Shown piece by piece: positions 31,773 to 44,271 of a DNA stretch of 64,000 nucleotides. The first letter of the stretch is position 1. Each line of letters begins with the position of its first letter. Origin of the DNA: an uncultured delta proteobacterium (GTDB taxonomy: Bacteria > Desulfobacterota > WTBG01 > CAIYCZ01 > CAIRTM01). Location: the NCBI GenBank assembly GCA_963804955.1, contig CAWDSQ010000001.1, forward strand, positions 1-64,000, read 5' to 3'. The notes beneath the pieces were generated by a model. That model did no database searches. It was not told where the DNA came from and saw nothing but the letters and a program-made list of their open reading frames with translations. Both the position numbers and the translations under genes were made by a program.

Positions 31773-32803
31773 ATGAGTTTTCAATATATTCAGGAAATTC
31801 CTTCGGCAGAGTCGATACGTGAAGCTTTGCCTGTGCCGGAAAACCTTAAAAAAGTAAAACTGGCGCGTGACAAGGAAATACGGAACGCCCTGGACCGTAC
31901 AAGCGATACATTTCTGCTGATCATCGGCCCCTGCTCAGCTCATCACGAAGACGCTGTATGCGAATATATCTCGCGGCTGGCAAAATTGCAGGAGCAGGTT
32001 GCCGGGAAATATCGTTATCATTCCCCGCATCTACACCAACAAGCCCCGCACAACGGGCGTAGGCTACAAGGGCATGGTGCACCAGCCTGACCCGCAGAAG
32101 GAGCCCAATATCGCCGAGGGCATCAAGGCGATACGACAGATGCATCTGCGGGCGCTGCGCGAATCGCACCTGACATCGGCCGATGAGATGCTGTATCCCG
32201 ACAATACGCCGTATCTTGAAGATCTGTTGAGCTATGTGGCCATCGGCGCACGATCGGTTGAAAATCAGCAGCACCGCCTCACGGCCAGCGGCATGGATAT
32301 TCCCATCGGCATGAAGAACCCCACCAGCGGCGATGTCGGAGGTGATGCTGAACTCAATTTACGCTGCCCAGCGCTCCCATGTCTTCGTTTATCCCCATTG
32401 GGAGGTCCGCACGTCCGGCAATCCCTATGCCCATGCCATTCTGCGTGGAGCGGTTGATTTTTACGGCCACAGTATACCCAACTATCACTATGAGAATCTC
32501 ATGCGCGTTGCTGAGAACTATATTGAACGCAACCTTGCAAACCCGACAATTATCATTGATACGAATCATGCAAACTCCGACAAGCACTACCAGGAGCAGC
32601 CCCGCATCGGCATGGAAGTTATGCAAAGCAGGCAGCATTCGCCGCTGCTGAAGGATATCGTCAGGGGGCTTATGGTGGAAAGCTATCTGGTGGACGGAGC
32701 GCAGAAGGTCTATGAAAATGTGTATGGCAAGTCGATCACCGATCCGTGCATGGGATGGGATGCCACGGAGGCGTTTGTGAAGAATCTGGCCGATGTGGTG
32801 TAA
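31773..32803 (+). CDS. 3-deoxy-7-phosphoheptulonate (DAHP) synthase, class I-alpha (two frameshifts)
   Basis: IIGPCSAH, KPRTTGVGYKG, AIGARS, GMKNPTSG, DTNHANS and YGKSITDPCMGW motifs spread across three frames. Confidence 0.9.
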
Positions 32804-32839
32804 AGCACGCGTTCAACTATAAACTGGACTTCGTCCTTT

Positions 32840-33897
32840 TCAAGGAATAAGTTTGTTGTCCACAAGATATCTGTAAAGCTGTTGGGCAATAACCATATAT
32901 CCTTGAGGAGTACAATGTCCATCCTTCTCATAATACAAAGTCTTATTTCCCGAGGCTTCCATCATTCCAGGTAATATATCAAAAAACCCCGCATCATGTT
33001 CCATTGCAAATGAAGATAGTCTTTGAGCAGGATAAAAATGAGTTTTATCCCATGGCCCTTTTTGGGGAATATGAATAAACACAATTCGCGGGCTTTGAGC
33101 TCAGCCGCTATTTTAACCATTTTTTGATATTCTAATTCTACAGTCTGCCAATCCTTTTCATAAAATCCATTTGGTTTATATATTTCGTTCCAGTCTCCAC
33201 GAGGTCTGTTTTGCTTCAATGCTCGATATGAGATATATTTTTTCAATGCATATCGACATACATAAGAATTGCTATAAAGAAAAACCCCTATCCTTCCAAG
33301 AGATTTAGCCTCACGAGAGGTGAGAAATCCTGATGGGTCTACGGCCACGGCATCAATTCCTTCATGGGTGTCTGAAACATCATTTGGCAGAAACCCAACC
33401 AAAATAAGATCCGGGTTATATTTTTTTCCATAATGCTGCAGGAGAAGACGTTCTGTTTCCGGGAAATATCGTGGAACCCCCGCTTTGATAATTTCCACCT
33501 TTTTCTGCTTTTCAACACGTTGATTTAACATCGTTTCTAACGTATAGAGAAACGTCTCTTCTAGTTGCGCCCCTGCTCCAAAGGTGAAACTGTCACCCAA
33601 TCCAAGAATCCGAAAAACGTTGCCATTTTTTTCTTCAGTATGCTCAACATCGCGAAAACCAAAACTATTGGTTTCAATATCGTAAACAAATTCACCTGTT
33701 TCTGAACGCTGATGCAGTTTCAGAAACGGGTTCGTTTTATAGGGCAAGACAGGGTCTGATATAAAAATTTTATATAGATTAGTTATTGGCGGCACTAGAT
33801 GAAATACGCGCATTCCTATCTCACCGATGGAGAGTATGATGGTAAAAGTAAAAAAAAGCATGGCAGTGAAAAAAATAAACTTTTTAGATGATTTCAT
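32840..33897 (-). CDS. SGNH/GDSL hydrolase-like protein (AlgX/AlgJ-like), frameshift near 33085
   Basis: N-terminal TM anchor; NSFGFRD, LGDSFTFG and FLPND; C-terminal DGHCT in the next frame. Confidence 0.8.
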
Positions 33898-34374
33898 GTA
33901 ATGTCTTCTGCCTAACGATTAAGCTAAAAGGGTTCCATACTGCGGCTGTTTCAGAAGCCAATATACTTAATCAATTGAACGCCGTAAATGATAATATGGG
34001 TGATTAGACAATGGCGCAGATAGCTGGCCTGTTTATTCCGTGAATACCCCAGCATTTTCCTACTGGGGCGATGGAAGAAAGCGGACTATACAGATCCGAA
34101 CTATTCATTTGAAACCCGGATTTACTATGGCCGCGAACAATGATAAACGAACGTGGGCGGCGCTGTGCAACACCGCGGTTGGCTGATATATACCTCACCT
34201 GTCGGCCATAAAAGATATTTTTTTGTAAGCGGCTTGAGAGCGGCCGCACAACCGGTTCAAGTCATCTTGCCACAAGATGTTAGAGCTCTGACAGATTATC
34301 CTTAACAAAATGGCAATAGATGTTATTTCTTATCAATATTCTTTTGAAGATTAAAATTTGGACATTTAGTATGA

Positions 34375-35813
34375 ATGCTGAAAAGAAGGATTTTTAAAAT
34401 GTTTATATGCATTTTGTGTGGAACAGGTTTGTTGAAATTTTTATTTTTTTGCGGATTGTCATTCACGCTCTTGTCTTTAAATTTTTACACAAACTTTCTG
34501 CGCAGTGCAGAACAAAGCTGGTTTGCATTATTCGACAGGAGTTCCGACGCAGTATCATTGGGACGGCTCGTCAAATCAAAGCAGGATGGCATCTTTTCTT
34601 TTGGGGGGTTGTGCCTTGTTTGGCGTAACCGATGAAGCTACCTGAAAAGATTTGTTATGGTTTTTTAATGACAAATTTGATAACTATGATGCCTATATTA
34701 ACAGCAAAAGAGTAGAGTGTTTTATTCCACCCTATTATTCGCAGATTTGCGGCCAGGGGATTTTTTTCAGCATTTTGGAGAAAATCATTCCTTGTTCTCC
34801 TTCCATTTAACTTTGTATCGTTCATTGCACTGCGGCTGTCTGACGGCCTTAGTTGTTATGGTAATCATAGCTTGGTTCTATGTCGAATTTGGTCTTTTTG
34901 CCGGATTAACAGTCCTTGTTTTTTCGCTCCTCTCGCAATGGCTGACTGTTTTTGCCCGAAACTTATGGTGGTCTACATGGGCTTTTTATATACCCATGGC
35001 TATGGTAATGCTTTACTTCCTGCGCAGAACAAAAAACAGACATACACAGTATTTCAAGCTGGGGCGCGTAGTTTTTTTTTCAGTTCTCATAAAAACGATA
35101 TTTAATGGCTATGAATACATCACAACTACGCTGATTATGATGGTTGTGCCTTTTGTTTACTACAGCGTTTTCAATAAAGAGAGTTTTTCCTCATTTCTCA
35201 ATGGTTTGATAAAAATAACAATGGGCGCGTGTCTTGCCATTGCAGTAAGTATGTGCATTTTGAGTTTGCAAATCGCTTCTATTTCCGGAAATTTTTTAGA
35301 TGGTTACCGCCATTTGACATATACCTTCCAAAAAAGGACCCATGAAAATCTTGCATCTCCCCAAAACCAGTTTCTAGCTTCAAATATCGAAGGGATGCAG
35401 GCATCTACGATGTCTGTGGTTCGTAAATACCTGCATCAGGGGTTTTGCGGTTTTGATTTGAACACATTCAATTCCAGCTCTGGGGCTACTCATACCAGAT
35501 ATTACGTGAGTTATGCGCGTCTGATAGCGCTTTTTGTTTTGATGACATGCTTTTTGTACCTGTTCGCCAAACGAGGTGCAGCCCCGCATATCGCAGCGTT
35601 CCAGCATTAATTATTGCCACCTGGTTTTCCATTTTGGCGCCGCTCTCCTGGTTTGTTGTTTTTAAAGCGCATTCATATTCGCATCCTCAGCTGAATGCTA
35701 TCGTTTGGCAGATGCCGTTCACGTTTTTTGGTGCGGCCATTACGGGCCTTGCGGTAAGAAACGTCTTTTCATGGCTGTGGTCATCTATACGGGAAGCGCT
35801 GCCAACCGGGTGA
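34375..35813 (+). CDS. Multi-pass membrane protein, possible GT-C glycosyltransferase, several frameshifts
   Basis: Three consecutive hydrophobic ORF pieces; FARNLWW, GYEYITT and APLSWFVVFKAHSYSH segments. Confidence 0.55.
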
Positions 35814-35982
35814 TTGCAGACAGGCTCAATTTATTGTTTTCAAATAACCATCGCATCTACGGCCATGGTGGCTGAAAAAGGGAACATACACATACCGTCT
35901 TTTTAATTGCGCCCTTGCAGGATGAAATTCAGGCTGCCCACGTTGGGGGGCTGTTGAAACACCATTAACCAGCAGAGTTCAC

Positions 35983-37091
35983 ATGAAAACGCTATCGCTG
36001 AGAAGCATGAGCAGGCACTTCATCATACTGCTGACATATGCACTGACGGCTTTTTGCGTGCTGCACATTTTTATGCTCAATAATGGCTGGTTTCGCGAGC
36101 TGAAAGATTGGAGCTTCAGCTTTGATAGGATGGTATCATTTACTGCGGACAGGCCTTTTGCCTATCGTGTGCTGATGCCGGCGCTTGTGAATGCCGGCGC
36201 TTGTGTCTTCCCGAAAGACTTTCTCCGTGAGCACAGGCAGTGGCTGATCGAAGGTTCCCCGCTTGTGCGATATTCAAAAAATACATTATTCAGGTATGAA
36301 AGCCTTGCTTTAAAAGTCCATCTGCAATATTTTTACCTCTACCTGTCGCTCGTTTTTTTGTTGTATACCGTCAGATCCATTACAAAATATTTATACACCT
36401 TCCCGGCGGTTTTTGCTGACGCTGCCCCTGCACTTGCTTTATTGTTCCTGCCGCTGACTTTTGCATGGGGGGGCCATATCTACGACTTCCCCGAGTTGTT
36501 GCTTGCAGCGCTTTGCCTGCTGTGCATCATCAAAAAAAAATGGCTGTTTTATTACCCTGTGTTTGTTCTCGCCATCCTGAACAAGGAGGTTAATGTATTG
36601 CTGGTTCTGTTTTTTATTGCTTTTTGCAGGGACACCATGGCAAAAAAAGACCTGCTCAAACACGCTGCGGCACAGGTTTTGATCGGGGCTTTCCTGGTGC
36701 TCTGGATACGGTTTCTTTTTGCCGAAAACCCCGAGATTTTTAATTTAGGAAATTATTGGAAGCACAATATCAGGTATTGGCTGAACCCGAGATCATATGT
36801 TCTTTTTTGGGACGCTTATCACGTGGGGCTGCCGATTTTCCCTCGCGGCTCAAATTTTTTATTAATTGCCCTTACCGCTTTTTTTGTTTTTTATAAATGG
36901 AAAGACAAGCCCGCGCAGGTTAAGCGGCTGTTTATCTATACTTCAACCTTTATGATACCCCTTTTTTTTATGCCGGCTGGGCTGATGAATTAAGGGCGCT
37001 TTCATTAATGTTTCCTGCCATATACTTGCTCGCCGTGTATTCGGTTTATTGCCTGATGTATGCTTCCTATCCTGTCAAAAGGAAGTTTTAA
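35983..37091 (+). CDS. Multi-pass membrane protein, possible GT-C glycosyltransferase (poly-T indel near 36965)
   Basis: RPFAYRVLMP, YDFP and LAILNKE segments; continues ...WADELRALSLMFP...KF* in the next frame. Confidence 0.65.
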
Positions 37092-37114
37092 GCAGCAGGA
37101 AAAAGCGACCTAGT

Positions 37115-37329
37115 AGGCTGTTGAAAAACTCTTTGTTTGCACCAAACACTGCTCATATATTGGGAATGTGCAACAGTGAAAAATTTCATATGATAGACCA
37201 TAAGGACAGCTAAGATTTTCAAGGGGGCACTATGCTTATGCGGGGCAGAGAAAAAACGCAACAGGGTTTTTTAGCTATATATCTCATGAACAAAGCGTAC
37301 CGAAGGGTCATCCCCTCAGACCTATGCTG
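37115..37329 (+). mobile_element. Truncated IS remnant (IS5/IS1182-like left end and transposase N-terminus)
   Basis: IR-like AGGCTGTTGAAAAACT; ATG at 37238 reads MRGREKTQQGF(F)SYISHEQSVPKGHPLRPM with one indel, resembling MRG..Q..FSY..E..VP..HPLR transposase N-termini. Confidence 0.65.
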
Positions 37330-37528
37330 GGGCGTTTAACTCAATTTTGTAACCGAAAATCAGAAAACAGTTGAATGCGATAGCTGTATGACTTCATCGC
37401 TTGTCATTCCCGCTTGACGGGAATCCCTTTTGGTGTGCGGAAAAATGATTCCGGGCAAGCCGGAATGATCAAGGTCTGTGTTGCTCGTAAAAACATAAAT
37501 AATGGGTAAAGTAATTTGTTAAATGCTC
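37330..37528. repeat. MITE-like element containing a REP-like double hairpin
   Basis: Ends GGGCGTTTAAC / GTTAAATGCTC (9/11 inverted match); internal GTCATTCCCG-CTTGA-CGGGAATC...GATTCCGG-GCAAG-CCGGAATGA (37403-37468). Confidence 0.6.
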
Positions 37529-37768
37529 AAGCGCACTGCATTCTTTACTGCTGCTGGCAGGAGTAAAAGCAGGGGCCGGTGGTTTTAGATTTAGAGGGGG
37601 CTAAACAAAGAGAGATACGGACTTGATGGCCAGAAAGGACGTCATCGGAAAAAAGCGGAACGATTCAAAAGCCCAATGGCAGGTAAAAAGGTCAGGGCGC
37701 CCAATAATTGCCTTTATCAGGAGCCTGCATCCAATGCCGCCCGGTGATGTATTTTTCTGCGCAACCAT

Positions 37769-38498
37769 TCAATGCTCAAGCTGATAGCCCGCCTTTCGGG
37801 CATCATCCCTGAACATTTTTACCGTTTCCAGAGAGAACTCGTTCAGATCTTTTCCTACGAGATGAAGCTTTCTGAGAATATCCATGGTGACGGTAATAAT
37901 ATGGCAGCCAATTTCGTCGGCTTGAAAAACGTTGAGAAGTTCACGCGGGCTGGCCCAGATCAGTTCCTGGCCGGGATGTTGCCGCAACAGTTCAGCGGCA
38001 GAACTCATGATCGGAACCGGATCACGGCCCGTATCGGCAACCCGCCCTGCAAACAGCGACAGAAAGGCAGGCGCCCCTCCCTGCAGGGATTTGCTCATTT
38101 CCGCAATCTGCTCAAAGGTCGTCATCGCGGTGATATTTAATTGAACTCCCGCCACGGGAGAGCTCGCGAACCAGTTCCGTTGTTGATTCCTTGCGCGTGT
38201 TCGTGACGGGAATCTTAACATACACATTCTTTCCCCAATCCCGGATCAAAAGGGCCTGGCGCTTCATTTCTTCAAGCTCATCGGAAAAAACCTCGAATGA
38301 AATGGGGCGGTCGCAAATAACCTGGAGCACATCAAGCGCAAAAGCCTTATAGTCGTTGATGCCGGCCTTGCCCATCAGGGTCGGATTTGTCGTAAACCCT
38401 TTGATCAGAGGGTTGCGGTACATTTCCACCATTTCGGATTTTACCGCTCCGTCGGCAAAGATTTTTACGCTCAACACTGAAAGTGGTTTCACTGACAT
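37769..38498 (-). CDS. tal: Transaldolase (small subfamily), frameshift near 38155
   Basis: IFADGA, GFTTNPTL, ISFEV, VYVKIP, NITA, SLFAGR and WASPRE motifs. Confidence 0.85.
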
Positions 38499-39049
38499 GA
38501 TAGCCTCCCTAAATTTTCCTCAGCAGTTTCAAGAATAATGGAAGCGGCCTCCGCAAACGACCAGACTCGAAAATCAGACGATTCTGGTTGGCGCTCCGCA
38601 TACCCGTTGTCGATAAATATTGTCCGACAGCCGGCGTGCTGCCCGGCCTCGATATCCTTCCAGCGGTCGCCCACCATGTAACTTGAAGCAAGGTCAATAT
38701 CAAACTCCTGCGCCCCGGCAAGCAACATACCGGGACTGGGCTTCCGGCAGTCACAGCCATCACCGCTGTCGTGATAGCACATAATAAAACGATCTATGGG
38801 CATACGTTTTGCCAAATAACCGTTTATCTCCTCAACGACTGCTTGGGGCGTAGCGCCTCGTGCCACATCAGGCTGATTAGATACAACGATTAACACAAAG
38901 CCTGCATCTTTCAATCGCTGCACTGCTTCAACCACGCCCGGCGGAATTTCTACTTCATCAACGCATGAAGGCGGATAGGGTTTCCCTTCTTTTACTACCG
39001 CCCGATTGAGCACGCCGTCCCGGTCAATAAAAACCGCCCGTCTCTTCAT
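38489..39049 (-). CDS. gmhB: D-glycero-D-manno-heptose 1,7-bisphosphate phosphatase (HAD IIIA)
   Basis: FIDRDGVLN, VSNQ, CDCRKPSPGM and MVGDRWKD motifs. Confidence 0.88.
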   Translation of the reverse strand: MKRRAVFIDRDGVLNRAVVKEGKPYPPSCVDEVEIPPGVVEAVQRLKDAGFVLIVVSNQPDVARGATPQAVVEEINGYLAKRMPIDRFIMCYHDSGDGCDCRKPSPGMLLAGAQEFDIDLASSYMVGDRWKDIEAGQHAGCRTIFIDNGYAERQPESSDFRVWSFAEAASIILETAEENLGRLSCQ

Positions 39050-39646
39050 GGAACAGCCGACTCCCACTTGGTCTGATGTGCTTTCAGCTTCGGGTGCGAC
39101 ACTAGCAAATGCCAAATGACAGCTTGAAACGCCTCGGCATGGGGTGTGATGGATTCCGTATTAACCGTCGGCACGATGACACAGGCATCGGCCACCTGCG
39201 CCGTATAGCCGCCATCCCGACCAACGACACCGGCAATTTTGGCGCCAACCGTCTGGGCATACTGCAGCGCCATAACCAGGTTCGGACTGATGTTTTTTTC
39301 GAGGTTGCCGCCGCCAACGGAAAAAATGAACAGTGCATCCCTGGCAGCCAGCTTGCTGGTCTTCAGCCATTCGACAAAAATAGTTGCCCAGCCTTCGTCA
39401 TTGGTTCGCGCGGTCAATTCCGAAACATTGTCCGTCGGAGCATAACGATTCAATGCCGACGATCTTGCGAAAGTCATTCACAGCATGGGAGCAATTACCC
39501 GCGCTGCCGCCAACTCCCAAAAAGAAAATCCTGCCGCCATCGAGCTTTACCGTCGCCAGGATATCTGCCATTTTTTCAATGGCGGCCACGTCTATTTTCC
39601 CGATGATTTCAACAGCCTCATTCAAATGCTGCTGCGCATAACTCAT
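39046..39646 (-). CDS. gmhA: Sedoheptulose-7-phosphate isomerase-like SIS protein, frameshift near 39445
   Basis: GVGGSAGNCSHAVND, TARTNDEG and HAEAFQ motifs. Confidence 0.8.
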
Positions 39647-40347
39647 GCTTTCCCCCTTTTTCTAAAATAATCAATGGTTTCTTCCAGCCCCTTATGCGAG
39701 CCGATTTCATAAAACCGTTCAAACACCTCATAGCCCGCCAAAGCGCCCTGAACCGAAAGCTTGTGGTACATGTCCGCCAGATCAAAAGGATCATTGGCGG
39801 GCGCATCTTTCAGCACCGCAGCAGACAGAACCCCAAGCCCGTAATCAATGTGCGCCATTTCGGGCCGGGGCGTCTGTTTATTGTATTCTATAATGCATCT
39901 ATCACGAAACAGCACATTGCTCTTATCCCACTGATCATCATTTTTCATCACGGTCATCAACGCCGGCTTTCCGCTTATCAGGAAATCCCGCTCCACGGCC
40001 TGAAAATCGATGGGCAGATAAGAATCGCCGTAAAACACAAAAAATTGCTCACCCAGCAGAGGCAGGGCCTGCCGCAGGGCGCCGCCTGTTCCCAGCAGGC
40101 GCGGGCCATCCCATGAATAACGGACCTGCAATCCAAAGGCGGCACCATCACCCACCACCGCTTCAACTTGTTCACCCAGATAGCTGATACACAGCACCAC
40201 ATGTGTGACACCCTGCTGCTGCAGGTACTCCAGCTGGCGAACGACAAAAGGCTTGCCCGCCACATCGACCAGAGACTTGGGTGTTTTTTCAGTAACAGGG
40301 CGCAGTCTGGTAGCCAGCCCTCCAGCCAAAATGGCAACAGGAAACAT
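39643..40347 (-). CDS. hddC: Sugar-1-phosphate nucleotidyltransferase (HddC-like)
   Basis: LAGGLATRL, PKSL, LGTGGAL, YGDSY and FYEIGS motifs. Confidence 0.8.
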   Translation of the reverse strand: MFPVAILAGGLATRLRPVTEKTPKSLVDVAGKPFVVRQLEYLQQQGVTHVVLCISYLGEQVEAVVGDGAAFGLQVRYSWDGPRLLGTGGALRQALPLLGEQFFVFYGDSYLPIDFQAVERDFLISGKPALMTVMKNDDQWDKSNVLFRDRCIIEYNKQTPRPEMAHIDYGLGVLSAAVLKDAPANDPFDLADMYHKLSVQGALAGYEVFERFYEIGSHKGLEETIDYFRKRGKA

Positions 40348-41327
40348 TAGTTTAATACCACCTTCGTGCCTTCAAAGTCAAAGCGGAAGCGCACTTCTTC
40401 CAGCCCAGCTTTGCTCATGGCATGGCGCAGTTTGTTGCGGTCAGCCGCACAAAACATCAGGAAGCCGCCACCGCCGGCGCCCACCAGCTTACCGCCGACG
40501 GCACCGTTCTTTATGCCAAGTTCGTACCACTCGTCAATCGTAGGATTGCTCATGCTGCCGGAGCGCCGCCTCTTTTGTTCCCAGTGCTCGTGCATCAACT
40601 CACCAAACTGAGCCACTTGGCCGTCCTCCAGAGCTTGCCTGCTGCGATAGCCGAGCTCTTTCACAAAATGAAGATTTTCCAGCATTTCTTTATCGCTGCT
40701 CTGCGTTCTGTTTTTTTGATCTTTAAGAATATCGCTCGCGCTGCGGGAGTATCCCGTAAAAAACAAAAGGATATTGTCCTCAAGGTCAAACAGCGTGTCC
40801 ATGGATATTTTTAGAGGAACGGCGGTCACGCTGTCATCTTTATGGAAAGTAAAACAGGTCAAGCCGCCATAGGCTGAAATGTACTGGTCCTGTTTGCCGA
40901 TCGGCTCGCCCAGCCGGTCGATCTCGATGTGGCATGCCAGTTCGGCCAGTTCCTGGGGATGAATCAACCTGTGCCGATGAGCGTGCAAGGCCTCCAGCAG
41001 TGCCGTCGTAAAGCTTCCTGATGAGCCCAGGCCCGTCCCTGCGGGGATATCGGCCAAAGTTGTAATCTCAATCTGCGGGGTTCGCAGCTCCTGCATTCTG
41101 AAGGCTTCACGAATGATGCGGTGCCGTACTTCATCCACCGAAGTCACATGCTCAAGCTCTGAATACTTAAGATAGACACCTTCCGTGAACGGACGCGTCA
41201 CCGTCACATAGACATATTTATCAATGGCGCCAGCGATCAAAAACCCTTCATGTTCCCGGTAATAGGAGGGCAAATCGGTCCCGCCGCCGCCCAGAGTGAT
41301 CCGCAACGGACTACGCGCTATGATCAT
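40347..41327 (-). CDS. hddA: GHMP sugar kinase (D-glycero-alpha-D-manno-heptose-7-phosphate kinase-like)
   Basis: PLRITLGGGGTD, PAGTGLGSS, GKQDQY and GGKLVGAGGGG motifs. Confidence 0.85.
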   Translation of the reverse strand: MIIARSPLRITLGGGGTDLPSYYREHEGFLIAGAIDKYVYVTVTRPFTEGVYLKYSELEHVTSVDEVRHRIIREAFRMQELRTPQIEITTLADIPAGTGLGSSGSFTTALLEALHAHRHRLIHPQELAELACHIEIDRLGEPIGKQDQYISAYGGLTCFTFHKDDSVTAVPLKISMDTLFDLEDNILLFFTGYSRSASDILKDQKNRTQSSDKEMLENLHFVKELGYRSRQALEDGQVAQFGELMHEHWEQKRRRSGSMSNPTIDEWYELGIKNGAVGGKLVGAGGGGFLMFCAADRNKLRHAMSKAGLEEVRFRFDFEGTKVVLN

Positions 41328-42323
41328 AGCCGGACTCCCTGTAAATTTTCTCCACCACTTTTAATGCTTCGTATGCATCATGCAACCCTGCCGCAGGGTG
41401 TTCTGTTTAACCTGATATCATCGTAGAACTCAGCGATCTCCACCTGCCAGGAATCATCCGCAGTCGGGTATTCCCAGATCGTCGTCTCCGGCGGCCCCAT
41501 CTGGGGCAGCATTTTATAATGCGTTAGCCGCTCTATACCGTAGCTCCCGCCCAAACCGGAAATTTCCAGCTTCCCGTCGCGGCCGTATATCTCCATGGAA
41601 AACAAATTTTTCCATTCCGTGCAGCTTGCATGCAAAAACGCAACCTGCTGTTTAGCTGTTTTTAGCAGCATGAAGCCGTTATCATCGACCGGCATGTCCC
41701 AATAGTATGTATGGGCAAAGCCGTGCACTTCCTCAAACTCTCCCAAAAACCAGCGCGAAAGATCAATCAGATGCGGGCCCTGGTCCATCAACTCGCCGCC
41801 GCCGGAAAGATCCGGGTTGGCCCGCCATTCTTTGTCATACCCGATGCGCCCCCCGTGGCCATAGCGCGCCCGGATGAACATCAGCTCACCTAATTGTCCG
41901 GTTTCAAACAGCTCCCGGGCTTTACGAAAAGCACGGTGATACCGGTGATTGAATCCCACATGCACCTTCACCCCGCTCCGCTCGGCCGCCGCCATGACAG
42001 GTTCAAGCTCCGCAAGACTGTCGCGCGGCCGGTTTTTCAACCAGCACATGCTTTCCTGCTTCAATCGCGGCCCGTGTGATTTCCGCCAGCGAATCATGCA
42101 GGGTGGCGACAAAAACAATTTCAACTTCCGGCACTGCCAAAAGCTCTCGCCAATCGCGCAACACCCTGGCCCCCGAAGCTTTTGCCACATTCCCGGCACG
42201 GACGGCATCAATATCGGCGCAAGCCACCAACCGCCCGCCAGGGTGAAGCGCCCATGCCCGTTTTTGCCCGATCAGGCCACAACCGACAATCCCGACTCCA
42301 AATGGTCTATCAGCAGTGATCAT
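41311..42323 (-). CDS. Gfo/Idh/MocA family oxidoreductase (two frameshifts)
   Basis: GIVGCGLIG, HVLVEKP, GFNHRY and GGGELMDQGPHLIDL motifs. Confidence 0.85.
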
Positions 42324-43205
42324 TTGTCACCCCAGGTACAACCCCGGTCCCTGCCGGCAATGCGGCGAAGGGTATACATGTCGCTCGATGACAACTCCTC
42401 CAGATGTTCCGGCCAATGCTCCCAGTCGTCCCAAACCGCGCTGATGAGCTTGCCGGTAATCCCCTTGCTTGCATCGGTAGCAAGGAATAGTGCCAGATCC
42501 GCCACTCTGTCCATTGAGGCGCCGCCTTCCGCAAATACTTTTTTGGCAATGGCAAACTCACGTTCACCTGCTGCGTCAGCACCTTTTTTAATACTTCGCC
42601 CAACATTTCCGTCTTCATCGCCCCCGGCGCAATGCAGTTAACGCGAATCCCTAAAGGCCTGGTTTCCTCGGCAAGCGTCTCGCTGAAACGGATCAGTCCC
42701 GTCTTCGCCGTAGCATAGGCACTGAAATTGGCCCTTGGGCCGGTCGCACCACCACCGGAAAGATTGATGATTGACCCACCTCCGGTATCTCTCATCCACG
42801 AAACAAATGCACGGCACAAGGCAACCGGAGCAAGCAAATCAACCTGTATCACCTGCTGCCACAGCGAAAAATCGTTTTCCCACAAAGGGCCCATTGGGCC
42901 CTGAATTGAGGCGTTGTTCAACAGTACATCCAGACGAGGCAAACATGCCCTGACCTTGGCAGCCAATTCCACGACCAATTCGGGATTAGCCAGATCACAA
43001 ACAAAACATATAATCTGCTGCCCTTTCCTATCAGGAAGTGCATGCGCGATTGTATCCAGTCCAACCTTACTACGCGCAATGAGACAAAGATTAAACCCGG
43101 CATCCCAAAAACGGCGGGCCAGAAATTCGCCCAACCCCCTGGAAGCACCGGTAATAAAACATAGGATTTCAATGAGCAAACTGGGCAGCTGTGTTCGTTA
43201 GTCAC
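42320..43205 (-). CDS. Short-chain dehydrogenase/reductase (frameshifted, start uncertain)
   Basis: ITGASRGLG, LNNAS, SGGGA, YATAK and NCIAPG motifs; C-terminus ITGKLISAVWD in the next frame. Confidence 0.8.
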
Positions 43206-44159
43206 TCTCGTCGCCTCAAACACCCATTCATTGGCCCGCAGATACTCCACCGTTTTGATCACCCCATCGCGGATACTGCATTTTGGCTTCCATCCCAGGG
43301 ATTGAATTTTTTTCGTCTCCAGATAAATGAACGGATTGTCACCGATCCAGCCCCGGTCACTGCCCGAGTATTCCAGTTTCGGCTTGACGCCCAGCTCTTC
43401 GCAAATCCAGCCGATGGAGTCATTGACTTCACAGTATCCGTCAACTCCCAGGTTGAAGATATTGACCTTATCGCCCGCCTTGTCCATGGCCAGGAGGATC
43501 GCATCGATGCAGTCCTGAACATACAGATAAGATTTCCGCTGCTTGCCGTTGCCCAGCACCGGCAAGCGCGAGGGATCTGCCTTCAGTTTCTGGTAGAAGT
43601 CGAAAACATGACCGTGGGTATAGCGTTCACCAAGGATGGAAACGAAGCGGAAAATCCAGGACTGAAAGCCAAAACCCTCGCAGTAAGCCGCAATAAAGCC
43701 TTCGCACGCCGCCTTCGAAGCTCCGTAAAGCGAGGTCTGGATGGGGAATGGGCCGTCTTCAGGCGTCGGGACAACGGCTGCCTCGCCATAAACCGAGCCG
43801 GTCGATGAAAAGACGATTTTCCTTATGCTGTTGGCCCGCATGGCTTCCAGGACATTATAGGTAGCGATCGTGTTCTGTTCCAGATCCTTGCGCGGATGTT
43901 CAGTGCCGAAACGAACATCGGCATTGGCCGCAAGATGAAAAACCGCCTGACCACCGGCAAATGACTGCTTCAATGTATCCGGATCAAGCAGATCAATTTC
44001 GCAAAGTCGGAAATTCGATTGCGCCAGCGCCCCTTCCAGAAATCGGCGCTGGCCTGTGGAGAAATTGTCGATACCAACCACTTCATGCCCGCAGGCCAAT
44101 AACCGGTCAGTCAGGTTGCTGCCAATAAACCCCGCTACGCCAGTAACAATATATTTCAT
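43200..44159 (-). CDS. NAD-dependent nucleotide-sugar epimerase/dehydratase (3' end approximate)
   Basis: VTGVAGFIGS, HLAANADVR, SSTGSVYG and YGASK motifs. Confidence 0.88.
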
Positions 44160-44271
44160 AAAAGCAGCCCCTTTGTTGGAATCCGCATCGTCCTTTAAAG
44201 GCACTTCGGCATAAACGGAGGTTTACTGAACCTCCCAATTTTCAGCCGAAGCAGTACCCGAGCCGCCTTTG

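Noticed and set aside
33897..33930. GTTAGGC 12 nt upstream of the SGNH gene, resembling an integron attC core site
   Set aside because: No convincing inverse core or attC hairpin downstream, and no integrase or cassette array in the window.
42918..43200. C-terminal extension of the epimerase
   Set aside because: It overlaps the SDR gene on the same strand; probably a stop lost to an indel near 43200.
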